A DNA stretch of 64,000 nucleotides from NCBI GenBank assembly GCA_016191285.1, contig JACPPA010000057.1:977-64976 (forward strand), given 5' to 3'. The number at the start of each line of letters is the position of its first letter. The first letter of the stretch is position 1. A program made the position numbers and the translations under genes. The notes below the pieces were generated by a model. It saw only the letters and a program-made list of their open reading frames with translations, was not told the DNA's origin and searched no databases. The DNA is from Gammaproteobacteria bacterium (GTDB lineage Bacteria; Pseudomonadota; Gammaproteobacteria; Ga0077536). Of the stretch, positions 10,922 to 21,246 are shown piece by piece.

Positions 10922-11303
10922 GCGCTGCCGCCGTGATAACGCCCCGCGCGCATAACGCTTCGAACGGCGCAAAGTCTAGATATTCGAGGATCGCGCGAAC
11001 TTTGCGCGCGACGAAGGCGCGATGGTTGTGTTCCACAAGTAGTTGCCCTTCAGCGAATATCCGGTAAGCAACGGCAGGCGGCGCTTCATCCGCCAAGACT
11101 AAGTCGATCGCATGCCCAGTGTCGCGCTCCAGATCGGCCGCCAGTTCGCCCAGCTCCTGAACCGACATCCGCGCGTCGGGCTCAAACCCGAGCGCGATGT
11201 CCAAGTCACTTGCTTCGCTAGCGCTCCCCCGCGCTCGCGAACCGAACAGCAGCGCGTAGGCGATGCGGGGATCGGCGCGGAGTCTGGCAGTTAGTGCATC
11301 CAT
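10911..11303 (-). CDS. Minimal nucleotidyltransferase antitoxin (MntA-like)
   Basis: LFGSRARG...SDLDI (GSX10DXD); DLV. Confidence 0.88.
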   Translation of the reverse strand: MDALTARLRADPRIAYALLFGSRARGSASEASDLDIALGFEPDARMSVQELGELAADLERDTGHAIDLVLADEAPPAVAYRIFAEGQLLVEHNHRAFVARKVRAILEYLDFAPFEALCARGVITAAARGR

Positions 11304-11494
11304 ACTAAAAATGTAGCACAGCCCGCTACCGCGGGGCTGCTTTCCCCTGTCGATTTTCGAATTAGCGCGAGCCGCTTGATCGATTGCCCCAGCGTCGAGG
11401 CGATAAGCTTAAGGCGGACAGACCGCCTGATCGCGGCCTGTCATGAATAGGTTGACCGTTTCCAAGCGCATTTCCGATAAGTAACATCCACCAG

Positions 11495-12475
11495 ATGCGC
11501 ATCGCACTTTGCAGCCGCGGTTTCACACGGCTCTTCCAAATTCTGACCGAGTACCTACCTGATGATGAACTCATCGAGTGTGTCGACAGTGAAGTGATCG
11601 CCATCGCCAAGGAGGTGGATGTGTTCATTCCGGTGGTGGCGCGGATCCCCGCGGCGGCGTTTGCGGCGCCTCGCCTCAAACTCGTACAGCAATATGGGGT
11701 TGGCCTCGACAGTATCGATATTCCGGCGGCGACGCGCGCCGGGGTGTTGATTGCGAACGTGCCGAGCGTCGGGACCGGCAACGCCGAGTCAGTGGCCGAA
11801 CTCGCCATCGCGCACATGCTGATGCTGTCACGACAGATGCCGACCGCATGGCGCCGGTTTCGTGAGAAGCGCCTTAGTTCGCCACTCGGTAATTGTTTGT
11901 GGCGGAGCACCGTGCTTATTCTCGGCTACGGCGGGATCGGCGAGGAAATCGCGCGCCGCCTGATGGGGTTTGGCGTGCACCTTATCGCGGTGTCGCGTCA
12001 CGGGCCGAGCAGGGCGCGCGATCATGATCCGGCGGTGCACGTCGATTTGCATGTTGGCGCCGAGGCGCTCGGCGAGGTGCTCGGCGAAGCGGATTATGTG
12101 GTCGTCGCGGCGCCGGCGTCGCCGGAAAATATTGGGCTCGTTAGCGCTGCAATGTTCGCGCGGATGAAACCGGGCGCGTACATCGTCAACATCGCGCGAG
12201 GTCCGGTGATCGATTACGACGCACTGCTCGCCGCGCTGCGGGAAGGCCGAGTCGCCGGCGCCGGGCTGGACGTGTTCTGGCAGGAACCCTTCGATCCAGA
12301 CGATCCGCTGCTTAACGAAAACGTGATCGCTACACCTCATGTGGGCGGCGCGACGGAACGCAGCCTGACGGGAATTGGTAAAGCGGTGGCGGCGAACATC
12401 GACCGCATACGTCGCGGTGAATTACCGCTGTGTTGCATCAACCCGGAAGCGGGGCGGAGCAGGCTTCGCGGTTAG
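11495..12475 (+). CDS. D-isomer-specific 2-hydroxyacid dehydrogenase
   Basis: GYGGIG, VNIARG, GLDVF..EP, TPHVGG. Confidence 0.92.
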   Translation: MRIALCSRGFTRLFQILTEYLPDDELIECVDSEVIAIAKEVDVFIPVVARIPAAAFAAPRLKLVQQYGVGLDSIDIPAATRAGVLIANVPSVGTGNAESVAELAIAHMLMLSRQMPTAWRRFREKRLSSPLGNCLWRSTVLILGYGGIGEEIARRLMGFGVHLIAVSRHGPSRARDHDPAVHVDLHVGAEALGEVLGEADYVVVAAPASPENIGLVSAAMFARMKPGAYIVNIARGPVIDYDALLAALREGRVAGAGLDVFWQEPFDPDDPLLNENVIATPHVGGATERSLTGIGKAVAANIDRIRRGELPLCCINPEAGRSRLRG

Positions 12476-12522
12476 TCAGTGTGCCCGTGCAACGGCCTTC
12501 GAGTAATCATCGCCTTGATTTC

Positions 12523-12703
12523 GTAGGAGCCGCCTTAGCGGCGAATCTTCATCGCGAGATCTATTCGCGGATAAAGCCGGTTCCACAACAGCAATGCGCC
12601 GATTAATCGCTGGGGTTGACGTCGCGTAGCCGCGCATTGTGGGAGCCGCTTTAGCGGCGAACAGGACATTCGAAGGAAGATTCGCCGCTAAAGCGGCTCC
12701 CAC
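12523..12703. repeat. Two REP doublets (REPINs)
   Basis: GTAGGAGCCGCCTTAGCGGCGAA.. and perfect inverted pair GTGGGAGCCGCTTTAGCGGCGAA / TTCGCCGCTAAAGCGGCTCCCAC (12639-12703). Confidence 0.85.
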
Positions 12704-12813
12704 GGTGCGCGATGTTAAGAGCACCATGCACGGTCATTAAAAGCGCCGATTGCCACAACCTCGAGCATCCAGTCAAATAAACGCCCTAAGCAAAATAAGT
12801 AAGGAGTCTTCTC

Positions 12814-13896
12814 ATGCAATTCGGAATTGGCGTCAGCACGCACATCAACAATTGGGACATCATCCGTTACGCCGAGGAACTCGGTTACGACCGCGCGTGG
12901 ATCGGCGACTCGCAGATGATCTGGTCGGATTGCTACGCGACGATGGCGCTCGCCGCGCATCACACGCAGCGCATTCAAATCGGCACGGGTGTTTCCATCA
13001 CCGGCACGCGTATCGCACCGGTGACCGCGCATTCCATTGCGAGTATCAACGCCATCGCGCCGGGACGCACGTTTCTCGGCCTTGGCACTGGCCACACGGC
13101 GATGCGGGTCATGGGCCAGGATCCGATGCGGGTCGGCGAATTCCGCGAATACCTGCGCGTGGTGCGGGCGTTGCTCGACGGCGAGGCGGTTGACTATACC
13201 TACCACGGCAACACACGTGAGATTCAATTCCTGCATCGCGACCGGCACTTTATCGATCTCGATCACCGCATTCCTATCTACGTCGCCGCCAACGGTCCCA
13301 AAGCCTTGGAAGCGACTGGCGCCTTCGGCGATGGCTGGATCACCGTTGGCGGCGAACCCGAAGTCGTCGCGCCCAAATTAGCCCACATCAAAACTGGCGC
13401 CGCCACGGCGGGCCGCACGCTGCCGGCGAACTTCCACACGGCCTTCATCAGCTCGAGCTGTGTGCTGCGGCCCGGCGATAAGTTGACAGACGCTCGTATC
13501 ATCAACGAAACCGGCAGCTGGGTGGCGTGCGAACTGCATTTCTTCTACGAGGTGTGGAAGGATCTGGGTTGCAAGGACGAAGTGGTGCCGCCGCATTTCC
13601 AAGGCATCTGGGCTGACTATCTAAAGCACGTCGAAAAAATGACCTTCCCCGAGCGTTCGCGTTTCCGGCAAATTCACGACGGTCACCTCGTTTACCTGCA
13701 ACCGGACGAGCGCCGGTTCATCACCCCGGATGCGATCAAATCCAGCGCGCTGGTCGGGGAGCCCGACGAGCTCATCGAACATATTCGCCGTCTCGAAAAA
13801 GGCGGCATCAAAGAACTCGATCTATGGCCGCCGATGGATTGCGAGCGCAAAGTGCTGCGCGATTTTGCGGAGTACGTGATGCCGGCGTTTCGGTGA
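12814..13896 (+). CDS. LLM-class flavin/F420-dependent oxidoreductase
   Basis: AEELGYDRAWIGDSQ, IGTGV, GRTFLGLGTG, PIYVAANGPK. Confidence 0.88.
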   Translation: MQFGIGVSTHINNWDIIRYAEELGYDRAWIGDSQMIWSDCYATMALAAHHTQRIQIGTGVSITGTRIAPVTAHSIASINAIAPGRTFLGLGTGHTAMRVMGQDPMRVGEFREYLRVVRALLDGEAVDYTYHGNTREIQFLHRDRHFIDLDHRIPIYVAANGPKALEATGAFGDGWITVGGEPEVVAPKLAHIKTGAATAGRTLPANFHTAFISSSCVLRPGDKLTDARIINETGSWVACELHFFYEVWKDLGCKDEVVPPHFQGIWADYLKHVEKMTFPERSRFRQIHDGHLVYLQPDERRFITPDAIKSSALVGEPDELIEHIRRLEKGGIKELDLWPPMDCERKVLRDFAEYVMPAFR

Positions 13897-13974
13897 GCCG
13901 TTCGCGACGCGCTCCTCTTAAGAACGTTGAGGAATCAATGCATGGCCGTCATTTTTATTGCGAGCGAAAGCGCG

Positions 13975-14955
13975 ATGTCTTCACTGAAGGATGAACGATT
14001 GGGAGTGGTGCTGTCGACGGTCACCGAGGCGGAAGTCGGCGAATTAATCGAACTCGGTCAGCTCGCGGAAGCACAGGGCTTCGATGCGGTGCTGGTGAAC
14101 GAGGGGCGCGGCGACGCGTTGGCGGCGAGCCAAGCGATTGCGGCCGCGACTGCGCGCGTTACGGTCGGCACCAACATCGCAAACATTTACTTCCGCCACC
14201 CCTTCCTGTGTGCCGCCACCGCGCGGACGATTGCGTCACTCTCCGCTGGACGCTTGCTGCTCGGTCTTGGCATGAGTCATCGTGCCATGCTCGCCTCGCT
14301 CGGCATCGACATGGGCGAGGCACGGCCAACGCTCCGGCGCTATGTGGAGTTCGTCAAAAATGCGCTCGCCGGCAAGGCCACGCAGGGATTTCTTAATCCG
14401 CCGCCATCGACGCATCAGGTTCCGGTTTATGTCGCCGGCAATACCATTGAGAGCGCGGCGGTGGCGGGCGCGGTTGGCGATGGCCTCATGCCGTTTCTAT
14501 CGCCGCTCGGCTATCTACCGACTTTGATCGAAGCGGCGCATATGGCGGCCGTCGATGCCGGACGCAATACTGCCGATTTTGGTTGCTGTCTAAGTATTCC
14601 GACCTTCGTCGCGGAGGACGAAGACGCCGCGCGCTCGGCGGCACGCTACAACCTGGCCTTCTTTGCGCAGCTGCCAAACTATCGCCGGCAATGGCGGCGC
14701 GCCGGTTACGGCACGGCCATGGACGCGGTGCAGGAAACGTGGAAATCGGGGCAACGCCGCGAAGCCGCACGCCAGATCCCGGATGAACTGGTTGAAGAAG
14801 TCTGTGTGTTTGGCGCCGCCGCGCGCTGTCGCGTACAACTCGCGGCGTTTCGCGCGGCAGGCGTTGACCTGCCGGTTATTGCCGTCAGCCCGGTCAACGA
14901 AGATCGGGTGACCGCGACGCGCAAGGCGCTCGTCGCGCTTGCGCCCACGCGCTGA
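13975..14955 (+). CDS. LLM-class flavin/F420-dependent oxidoreductase
   Basis: VGTNIANIYFRHP, GRLLLGLGMSH. Confidence 0.85.
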   Translation: MSSLKDERLGVVLSTVTEAEVGELIELGQLAEAQGFDAVLVNEGRGDALAASQAIAAATARVTVGTNIANIYFRHPFLCAATARTIASLSAGRLLLGLGMSHRAMLASLGIDMGEARPTLRRYVEFVKNALAGKATQGFLNPPPSTHQVPVYVAGNTIESAAVAGAVGDGLMPFLSPLGYLPTLIEAAHMAAVDAGRNTADFGCCLSIPTFVAEDEDAARSAARYNLAFFAQLPNYRRQWRRAGYGTAMDAVQETWKSGQRREAARQIPDELVEEVCVFGAAARCRVQLAAFRAAGVDLPVIAVSPVNEDRVTATRKALVALAPTR

Positions 14956-14997
14956 AATTCAGCGCTTCTGTGGATGCCGGAACCGCCACCGGCCGCA

Positions 14998-16740
14998 CTA
15001 TCGCTCGACGATCGGCAGCACCAGGTGCGAAGGGTGGCTGCCATCGTGCCATACGCGATTGGTGGCGACGATGAAATCTTTTTCGGATTCGGTCGCGATC
15101 ACACCTCCGGTATTGGTATTGCGATCGAAACGCGGAAAGTTGCTGCTAGAGATTTCAAGCCGGATGCGATGTCCGGCGCGGAATAAATTAGCAGTCGCAA
15201 CGAGATCGATGTGCAGCTCGTAGACAGTGCCCGGTTGAAGCGGCTGTGGGCTCGACAACGAATTCCGATAGCGGGCGCGCAGGATGCCGTCGGTCAGAAT
15301 GATGGCGCGGCCATCCGCGTGAACGTCGACCAGCTTGCCGGTGAAATCCGTGTCTAACGCCGACGAGCTCGCATACAAAACCAACGTCACGGGGCCAGTG
15401 ACTTCAACATCCCGCGTCAGCACCTCGCTGGTGTAGCACAGCACATCGGCGCGGGCTTCGAGCGCGCGCTGATCGCGCGGGCCGGCGTTGGCGGCGATAA
15501 ACAATCCAGGTAGAAACGTCGCGCCGCCGCAGGTCGGTACCGGATCGCGTGGGTCGTATAAGTAAGTATCGGCGGGCTCGGCGGAAGGTATCGTGGGGCT
15601 GAGCCTACCATCGCCGCTAACACTGTTCCCACGTCCGCCGCTGTGCAGATACCAACGCGCGTAACGCGTGTCGGGCAACGGCCAATCTGTTTCTTCGCGC
15701 CATTCATCGCGACCCATGATGAAGAGCTTGACCGGCTTGGCGCTTGCGACGCCGTTATCGAGGCCCTTCAACCAATGATCGAACCACCTAATCTGCGCGG
15801 CCGTGACATCGGCCACCGCATCATGCGCGAGCAGACCGAAATTATGCTCGGGGTAAACGCCGCCGTTGTAACCATGCACCCACGGTCCGATGAAGAGGTG
15901 CTGGTGAGAACGCGCAGCGGGACTGCCGCCACGCGCTTTCATGCCGAGGTAATTGGCGAGCGTCCCGCCCAAGAACAGATCGTACCAGCCGCCGAAATTG
16001 AGCGCCGGCGCAGTGATCTGTTCGTAGTGTTCGCACGGCGCCACGGCGCGCCAATAGTCGTCATAGGTCGGGTGCGCGAGCCAGTCGAGATAATAGGGCG
16101 TGAGATCGTTGAGTTGTGGTACGTCGATCAACGGAAGGTGGGCGTAGTGCTTGGCGACAGCATCGGCTGCGGCGACTGCGCCAACAAAATCCGCGCCACT
16201 CGCGCGCCCTTGACCGAGCCGACGTACCACTTCTCCGAGCCCGAAGGTCCCGCTCGCCCATTGCAGCATAAAGCCGAGCTGAAACGCGCCGCCTTGGTAG
16301 GTCCAGCCGTTGTAATACTGATCCGTGGTGATGAACGGCGCCATGGCGCGCAAGGCCGGCGGTTGCTTGGCCGCGGCCAGCCATTGTGTCGCGCCGAAAT
16401 AAGACGCGCCCATGGTGCCAACCACGCCGCTGCACCAGGGTTGTTTGGCCGCCCAGGCAATGGCATCGACACCGTCTTCGGCCTCCTGGAAATAAGGATT
16501 GAATTCGCCGCCGGACGCATAAGTCCCGCGGCAATCCTGCACGACCGCTACATACCCGGCCTGCGCCACGCGGAAGATGTCACCAGACAAGGTCAACAAC
16601 ACCGGGTTTTCCTTGTTGTACGGCAATCGCATCATCACTGCGGGCAGGGGCGTGTCCGTGACGGGTCGATAAAGATCGGTGGCGAGTTCGATGCCGTCGC
16701 GCATGGCGACGCGGATATTTTTTTCGATGGTGATGTTCAT
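14998..16740 (-). CDS. CocE/NonD family serine hydrolase
   Basis: MRDGIELATD, QDCRG, GASYFG nucleophile elbow, GWYD, GPWVH, SSNFPRFDRN. Confidence 0.92.
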   Translation of the reverse strand: MNITIEKNIRVAMRDGIELATDLYRPVTDTPLPAVMMRLPYNKENPVLLTLSGDIFRVAQAGYVAVVQDCRGTYASGGEFNPYFQEAEDGVDAIAWAAKQPWCSGVVGTMGASYFGATQWLAAAKQPPALRAMAPFITTDQYYNGWTYQGGAFQLGFMLQWASGTFGLGEVVRRLGQGRASGADFVGAVAAADAVAKHYAHLPLIDVPQLNDLTPYYLDWLAHPTYDDYWRAVAPCEHYEQITAPALNFGGWYDLFLGGTLANYLGMKARGGSPAARSHQHLFIGPWVHGYNGGVYPEHNFGLLAHDAVADVTAAQIRWFDHWLKGLDNGVASAKPVKLFIMGRDEWREETDWPLPDTRYARWYLHSGGRGNSVSGDGRLSPTIPSAEPADTYLYDPRDPVPTCGGATFLPGLFIAANAGPRDQRALEARADVLCYTSEVLTRDVEVTGPVTLVLYASSSALDTDFTGKLVDVHADGRAIILTDGILRARYRNSLSSPQPLQPGTVYELHIDLVATANLFRAGHRIRLEISSSNFPRFDRNTNTGGVIATESEKDFIVATNRVWHDGSHPSHLVLPIVER

Positions 16741-16916
16741 GAGTGCAATCAGACTGGTGGAGAAGGCGTTATTCTTGCGCTGAATCGACGCTAAGGCGAG
16801 CGTGGAGCCGTCGACTGCACCCGGTACAGCGATCCAACGTGGACGTTCAAGCTCTCGCCGAAGCTAATGCAGCTCTGCTATGGTTCAGATCTGAATCGCG
16901 CCGAGAGAGGAAACCC

Positions 16917-17480
16917 ATGCGTCCCGCCAAGCCACGAGTGACACCACTCGCGCCGAGCGAGTGGTCGGCTGATCAAAAAAATCTACTCGAGCCGTTCGTC
17001 AAGAACGGACCGGTGTGGAATGTGTTCAAGACCTTGGTGCGGCACACCAGCCTCTTCAAGCGCTGGCTGCCCTTCGCCAACCATGTGCTGTTCAAGCAAA
17101 CGCTGACCCCGCGCGATCGCGAGATGTTGATCTTGCGTATCGGTTGGTTGTGTCGCGCGCCCTATGAGTGGACTCAGCACGTGCAAATCGGACTCCGTTC
17201 CGGCATCAGCGAAGCCGAGATCGAACGGATCGCGGACGGTCCAGACGCGCCGGGTTGGAATGAACACGATGCAGCGCTGGTGCGCGCGGCCGATGAATTG
17301 CGTAAGGAGTGCTGTCTCTCGGACAGCACTTGGAACACGCTCGGCAAACGCTATTCAACCGAGCAACTGATCGATGTGGTCTTCACGGTGGGTCAGTACA
17401 ATCTCGTGTCGATGGCGCTCAATACTTTCGGCGTGGAACTCGACGACGAACTGCCACGCTTTCATCGCATCCCCAATTAA
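16917..17480 (+). CDS. Carboxymuconolactone decarboxylase/AhpD-like protein
   Basis: REMLILRIGWLCRAPYEWTQH. Confidence 0.85.
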   Translation: MRPAKPRVTPLAPSEWSADQKNLLEPFVKNGPVWNVFKTLVRHTSLFKRWLPFANHVLFKQTLTPRDREMLILRIGWLCRAPYEWTQHVQIGLRSGISEAEIERIADGPDAPGWNEHDAALVRAADELRKECCLSDSTWNTLGKRYSTEQLIDVVFTVGQYNLVSMALNTFGVELDDELPRFHRIPN

Positions 17481-17500
17481 ACCAAGAGGACAACACCATA

Positions 17501-17959
17501 ATGCGCATCATCCAAACTCCGAAAGACGTGAAGCACCACATCGGCGAAGAATTTGGGGTTTCCGAGTGGGTCACCGTCGATCAGACCATGATCGACAAGT
17601 TCGCCGAGGCCACCGGCGATCATCAGTGGATTCATGTCGATGTCGCGCGCGCCAAGCAGGAGATGCCGAATGGCAAGACCATCGCCCACGGTTTTCTGAC
17701 CTTGTCGCTGGCGCCGCGACTGAGCGCCACGATTTGGAAGATCGAGCATCGCAGCAGAGGTCTCAATTACGGCCTAAACAAAGTGCGATTCACCGCGCCG
17801 GTGCCGGCGGGTTCGCGCGTGCGCTTGCGTCAAAAGCTACTTGCGGTGGACGACGTGAAGGACGGCGGCATCCGCATGACCTTCGAGAACTTGATTGAGA
17901 TCGAGGATCAGACTCAGCCGGCATTAATTGCCGAGGCGTTGAGCATTGCTTATCCGTGA
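17501..17959 (+). CDS. MaoC-family dehydratase
   Basis: FAEATGDHQWIHVD...TIAHGFLTLS, NYGLNKVRF. Confidence 0.92.
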   Translation: MRIIQTPKDVKHHIGEEFGVSEWVTVDQTMIDKFAEATGDHQWIHVDVARAKQEMPNGKTIAHGFLTLSLAPRLSATIWKIEHRSRGLNYGLNKVRFTAPVPAGSRVRLRQKLLAVDDVKDGGIRMTFENLIEIEDQTQPALIAEALSIAYP

Positions 17960-18201
17960 GTGACTCGTCCGGATATTCCCCTGGCAATTTCTCGGCGCGC
18001 CCCGCTCGGTACGAATGCCGGAATAGCGGACCCGAATAGCCGCACGCGCACTCGAGAATAGGCAATGAAGAATCCGCATCCATGCGCTTCCAGTCTGTTC
18101 GCCGACCAAGTTATCCGAATGTATGACGACCCGGTAACGGGCTGCCTGATCATCAGGTTTTGCCGATGCGGAATAGACGTCGCGTGCGGATGGCACTTAA
18201 C

Positions 18202-18361
18202 TTAAGGAACCTCTGAATAAGTCCATCCTGGACTTATTCAGAGTACGGGAAGCAAAAAGTATGATTTTTGCTTCCCTTCATTTTCGATGGTTTGCAACCA
18301 TCGAAAATGGCGGCGCTTCCCTGTGCCGCGGGAAGCTCTGCCTTTTGCAGAGCTTCCTTAA
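18202..18361. mobile_element. Multi-hairpin MITE flanked by TTAA
   Basis: TTAA-GGAACCTCTG...CAGAGCTTCC-TTAA with 4-5 internal hairpins; last hairpin recurs at 61736-61770. Confidence 0.7.
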
Positions 18362-18374
18362 GCCTTTGTTGACT

Positions 18375-18470
18375 CGTCACCCCGTGCGACGACACGGGGT
18401 CCAGTGAAAAATGAATTCTTTATTCGACTGGATTCCTCCGGCCAAAGCCGGGATTTCGCTGGAACGACGG
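18375..18470. repeat. CGTCA..TCCAG / CTGGATTC..GACG palindromic repeat pair
   Basis: Same family as the cluster at 42355-42890. Confidence 0.55.
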
Positions 18471-18543
18471 AGGGATTGATTTTCGTGTCTTTCGCGATGA
18501 ATCCGCTTAAGTAAGCGCCATTCGCGTCCGTCCGTTCCTACAC

Positions 18544-18708
18544 CTACACCCAATCCGCGCACAACAGCTCCGCCTTGGTCATCACCGCCGGATTCACGTT
18601 GCGCCTCAGGCGTGCTGTGCCCGCGTGGCAAGCCTCGACCACCGCTGCAAATGGCACAGCGTCAATCACCAGTAGATCTATATCGCTGGACGCTCGCTCG
18701 GGTTCGTC
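18544..18708 (-). pseudogene. Nucleotidyltransferase-domain fragment
   Basis: Own translation: ERASSDIDLLVIDAVPFAAVVEACH...LRRNVNPAVMT; N-terminus lost at the ISL3 relic. Confidence 0.6.
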
Positions 18709-18717
18709 GAGGGACCG

Positions 18718-18855
18718 AACAACAAGATTCAGAGTGATTCAGCGCCGGGTTTATGGACTGCGAGATGAAGAATACTTGCGACTCAAAATCCTCACCTGCA
18801 TGTTGCCGCCACTCTGAAATCATTGGAATCTACCCACTCGATTACGCGAAGAGCC
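18718..18855 (+). mobile_element. ISL3-family transposase C-terminal remnant with right end
   Basis: ..RVIQRRVYGLRDEEYLRLKILTCMLP stop 18817; terminal ...TTACGCGAAGAGCC. Confidence 0.75.
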
Positions 18856-19018
18856 AACAAACCAGAGCACGCAGCGCTGTTAGCGCAGGCCTCGCCGTGA
18901 GCCAGCTAGTCTGGCTCAGCAGAAAATCGGCGGACGCTACTGAAATGGCTCAATTCAGCGACGGCGGCAACAACCGACGAATCTTGCGACCCGCCTGACG
19001 GAATTGCTCGGGTGCCGC

Positions 19019-19501
19019 CTAATCTTTACCCGCAGACAAGACGCTTTTGGCCGCAACCGCGAGCAGAAAAACCACTAAAAAGACGCTGGGGACGCCCGGC
19101 AAAAAAGCCATCAAGCCGACTAGATCAGGCTGACCCAAGGCACTGGGTCCTAAGCTAAGTCCGCGATTGCTTGAGGCATTGCCCAGCCAATAAAACACCG
19201 TGAAGGACCACGCGATGTAAATGAAGCCATAGGCGACGAAACGCTGCATGAAATCGCTTAAGCGCAAGATCGGCAAGGCCAGCGCAACGACTATGACCAA
19301 CACTCCATTCAGTGCCCCTCCCGTGTGTGCTCTCACCCATCCAGCCACCGTGCCGTACATGGGTATTTCGATAATCTTCCCCGGCCATATCTCGATTCCC
19401 CCCAGTAACGAGAACATCAACATAAAGCCGGACAACATCGCCATCAGCACGACGAGCAGTCCGTTGCCAATCATGATCCGTTGTAGTCTTTCCATCTTCA
19501 T
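19019..19501 (-). CDS. Styrene-oxide isomerase (StyC)-like heme membrane protein
   Basis: Four hydrophobic segments; GGIEIWPG..GWVRAHTGGALNG..VFYW..NRGLSLGP parallels StyC GGFEIIPG..GWARAHSGPALNG..GFYL..NRGLTFGP. Confidence 0.85.
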   Translation of the reverse strand: MKMERLQRIMIGNGLLVVLMAMLSGFMLMFSLLGGIEIWPGKIIEIPMYGTVAGWVRAHTGGALNGVLVIVVALALPILRLSDFMQRFVAYGFIYIAWSFTVFYWLGNASSNRGLSLGPSALGQPDLVGLMAFLPGVPSVFLVVFLLAVAAKSVLSAGKD

Positions 19502-19530
19502 ACCCTCCCCCAAATTATTAAGCGAATAAA

Positions 19531-20451
19531 TCACCGCAGCGCATGCCGAGACAACACACTTGGAAACGGCACCGGCATATCCGGACTTTTCGTATCGACC
19601 AACGGCAGTAATTCGCTCGCAGGAAGGGTGGCATGCCCCGCAATCCAGTCCTGCATCCATTTAGGATCGTTTTCGCATCGCGGGTTATGCCACGGCAGTA
19701 GCGCCCGTAGCAGGTAGGGGCCGACATTGAAAATCATTGACGAAATTTCCCGCACGAGCGCGGCGAGATTGCGCGGCTTCCGCAATGCCTGGTCTTTCTT
19801 CAACGCCGTGAGCATTCCAATGAGTCCATATCCCACCAAGTGGAAAGAACCGTGGAAGACTCCGAAAGCGCGCGGCAGATATTGCCCTGAGTAGGCCATA
19901 TAGACATCAAAAGCGACTGTCTTGTGCTCGGTCTCTTCGACCATGTGCATCAACCAGAAGGACGCAACATGCGGCGACGCATCGCGAAAGAGCGCAATGC
20001 GCTTGTTGATGAGCCAATGCGTAAAGCCATTGGTCATGCTTTCAAATCCTGCGTTATAGGCGAGCTGCGTACGCAGACTCATTTTCGACAATCGATCGAA
20101 GGACGCCGCCAGCCGCTGCTCGACGCCAGCCAGTTCCGGGTATCCATTAGCCTTCAATAAATCGTTCAGGCGGCGGTGGCACTGGTAGTGGCGTGCCTCT
20201 TGTCCGTTAAACCCACGCATGTCCGCTAATAATTGCGGTTCGTTAATGAACGTCATCGCCTTCTGCGTACTCTTGATCAGATAGGGCTCAAGATAAGGCA
20301 TCGTCAACGACAGTCCGTTAAACAAATGAGAGCGAACCGGGTTAGCGGGGACCCAGATCGGATCGAGATCGTCCGGAAAGTCGAACGCGAACGCTCGAAT
20401 AATGATCTCATCGACTTGCTTTGGTTCGTATCTATACGTGTGTGTTTTCAT
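19531..20451 (-). CDS. 'Predicted metal-dependent hydrolase' family, ferritin-like di-metal protein
   Basis: FNGLSLTMPYLEPY, FNGQEARH, AGFESMT, HMVEETEHKTVAFDVY. Confidence 0.85.
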   Translation of the reverse strand: MKTHTYRYEPKQVDEIIIRAFAFDFPDDLDPIWVPANPVRSHLFNGLSLTMPYLEPYLIKSTQKAMTFINEPQLLADMRGFNGQEARHYQCHRRLNDLLKANGYPELAGVEQRLAASFDRLSKMSLRTQLAYNAGFESMTNGFTHWLINKRIALFRDASPHVASFWLMHMVEETEHKTVAFDVYMAYSGQYLPRAFGVFHGSFHLVGYGLIGMLTALKKDQALRKPRNLAALVREISSMIFNVGPYLLRALLPWHNPRCENDPKWMQDWIAGHATLPASELLPLVDTKSPDMPVPFPSVLSRHALR

Positions 20452-20600
20452 GGCTACCTACCTCAGCACGTCCGAGGCTGTCTCGCGTGTGTATTGTGTT
20501 GCTGCGGGTCCAGGCCAGACCAAATTACCCGGGTCTACCGAAATAAAGACGATCATCGAGGGCCATTATCTATGCGATTTCGTCGATGGCGAGGCTGCAA

Positions 20601-20795
20601 CTAGGCGCGATCTGCCGCGCCCTCGCTTAAATCACCGACGTATAGGTGGCATGTTGCACAGGCACAGTTTTCACCGCAATCGCCAGCTATGCCCAGAATA
20701 TTATTGCGCACCGCGACCGTCATTAGCGTCTCGCCCGGCGACGCGTCAACGGTGTGCTCAGTACCATTAAATTCGATGTAGATGATCTTGGCCAC
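20601..20795 (-). pseudogene. 2Fe-2S ferredoxin (putidaredoxin type), C-terminally truncated or frameshifted
   Basis: MAKIIYIEFNG...GDCGENCACATCHLYV; fourth Cys motif (SRLSCQ) lost, degenerate trace out of frame near 20590-20610. Confidence 0.75.
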
Positions 20796-21246
20796 ATGAA
20801 CGGTCTCGTTTTTTGTCTGACTAAGCGTCAGGAGGAAATTTCGATGTCAGTATCGCTTTACCCTAACCGGTAAATGAGAATATCCGATCGTAATATTAGA
20901 GTAGACCCGCACGGGATCTCCGAGTTGAATACTGCCGCTGCAGCTGAAGTCGAACGAGTTCATGAGTTTATCGCCGAACAGCATGCTGAGTTATTGCGTA
21001 ATTTCGATCCCAAAATCGATGCCTTTGATTGACAAAGGCGTTGAAGAAATCGAGCGTCGTCAACAGGACCGATCGCGGTGAACTGCGGCCACCTACCCCG
21101 GAATTTCACGGGACCCTCGCGCGACAGTCGCGTCGAGGGCGGCTGAGGGCGTTTTCTGACACTCGATATTGAGGACTGTCACCAGCAGGCGCGAGTGACC
21201 CCGCGCCAGGTGTTAGACCAGCCTCGCGTCCGTGCGTGAGAATGGG

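Noticed and set aside
15643..16794. Long + strand ORF (383 aa) and similar antisense ORFs (26164-27066, 43728-44537, 62275-63201)
   Set aside because: Shadows of well-supported genes on the opposite strand in GC-rich DNA.
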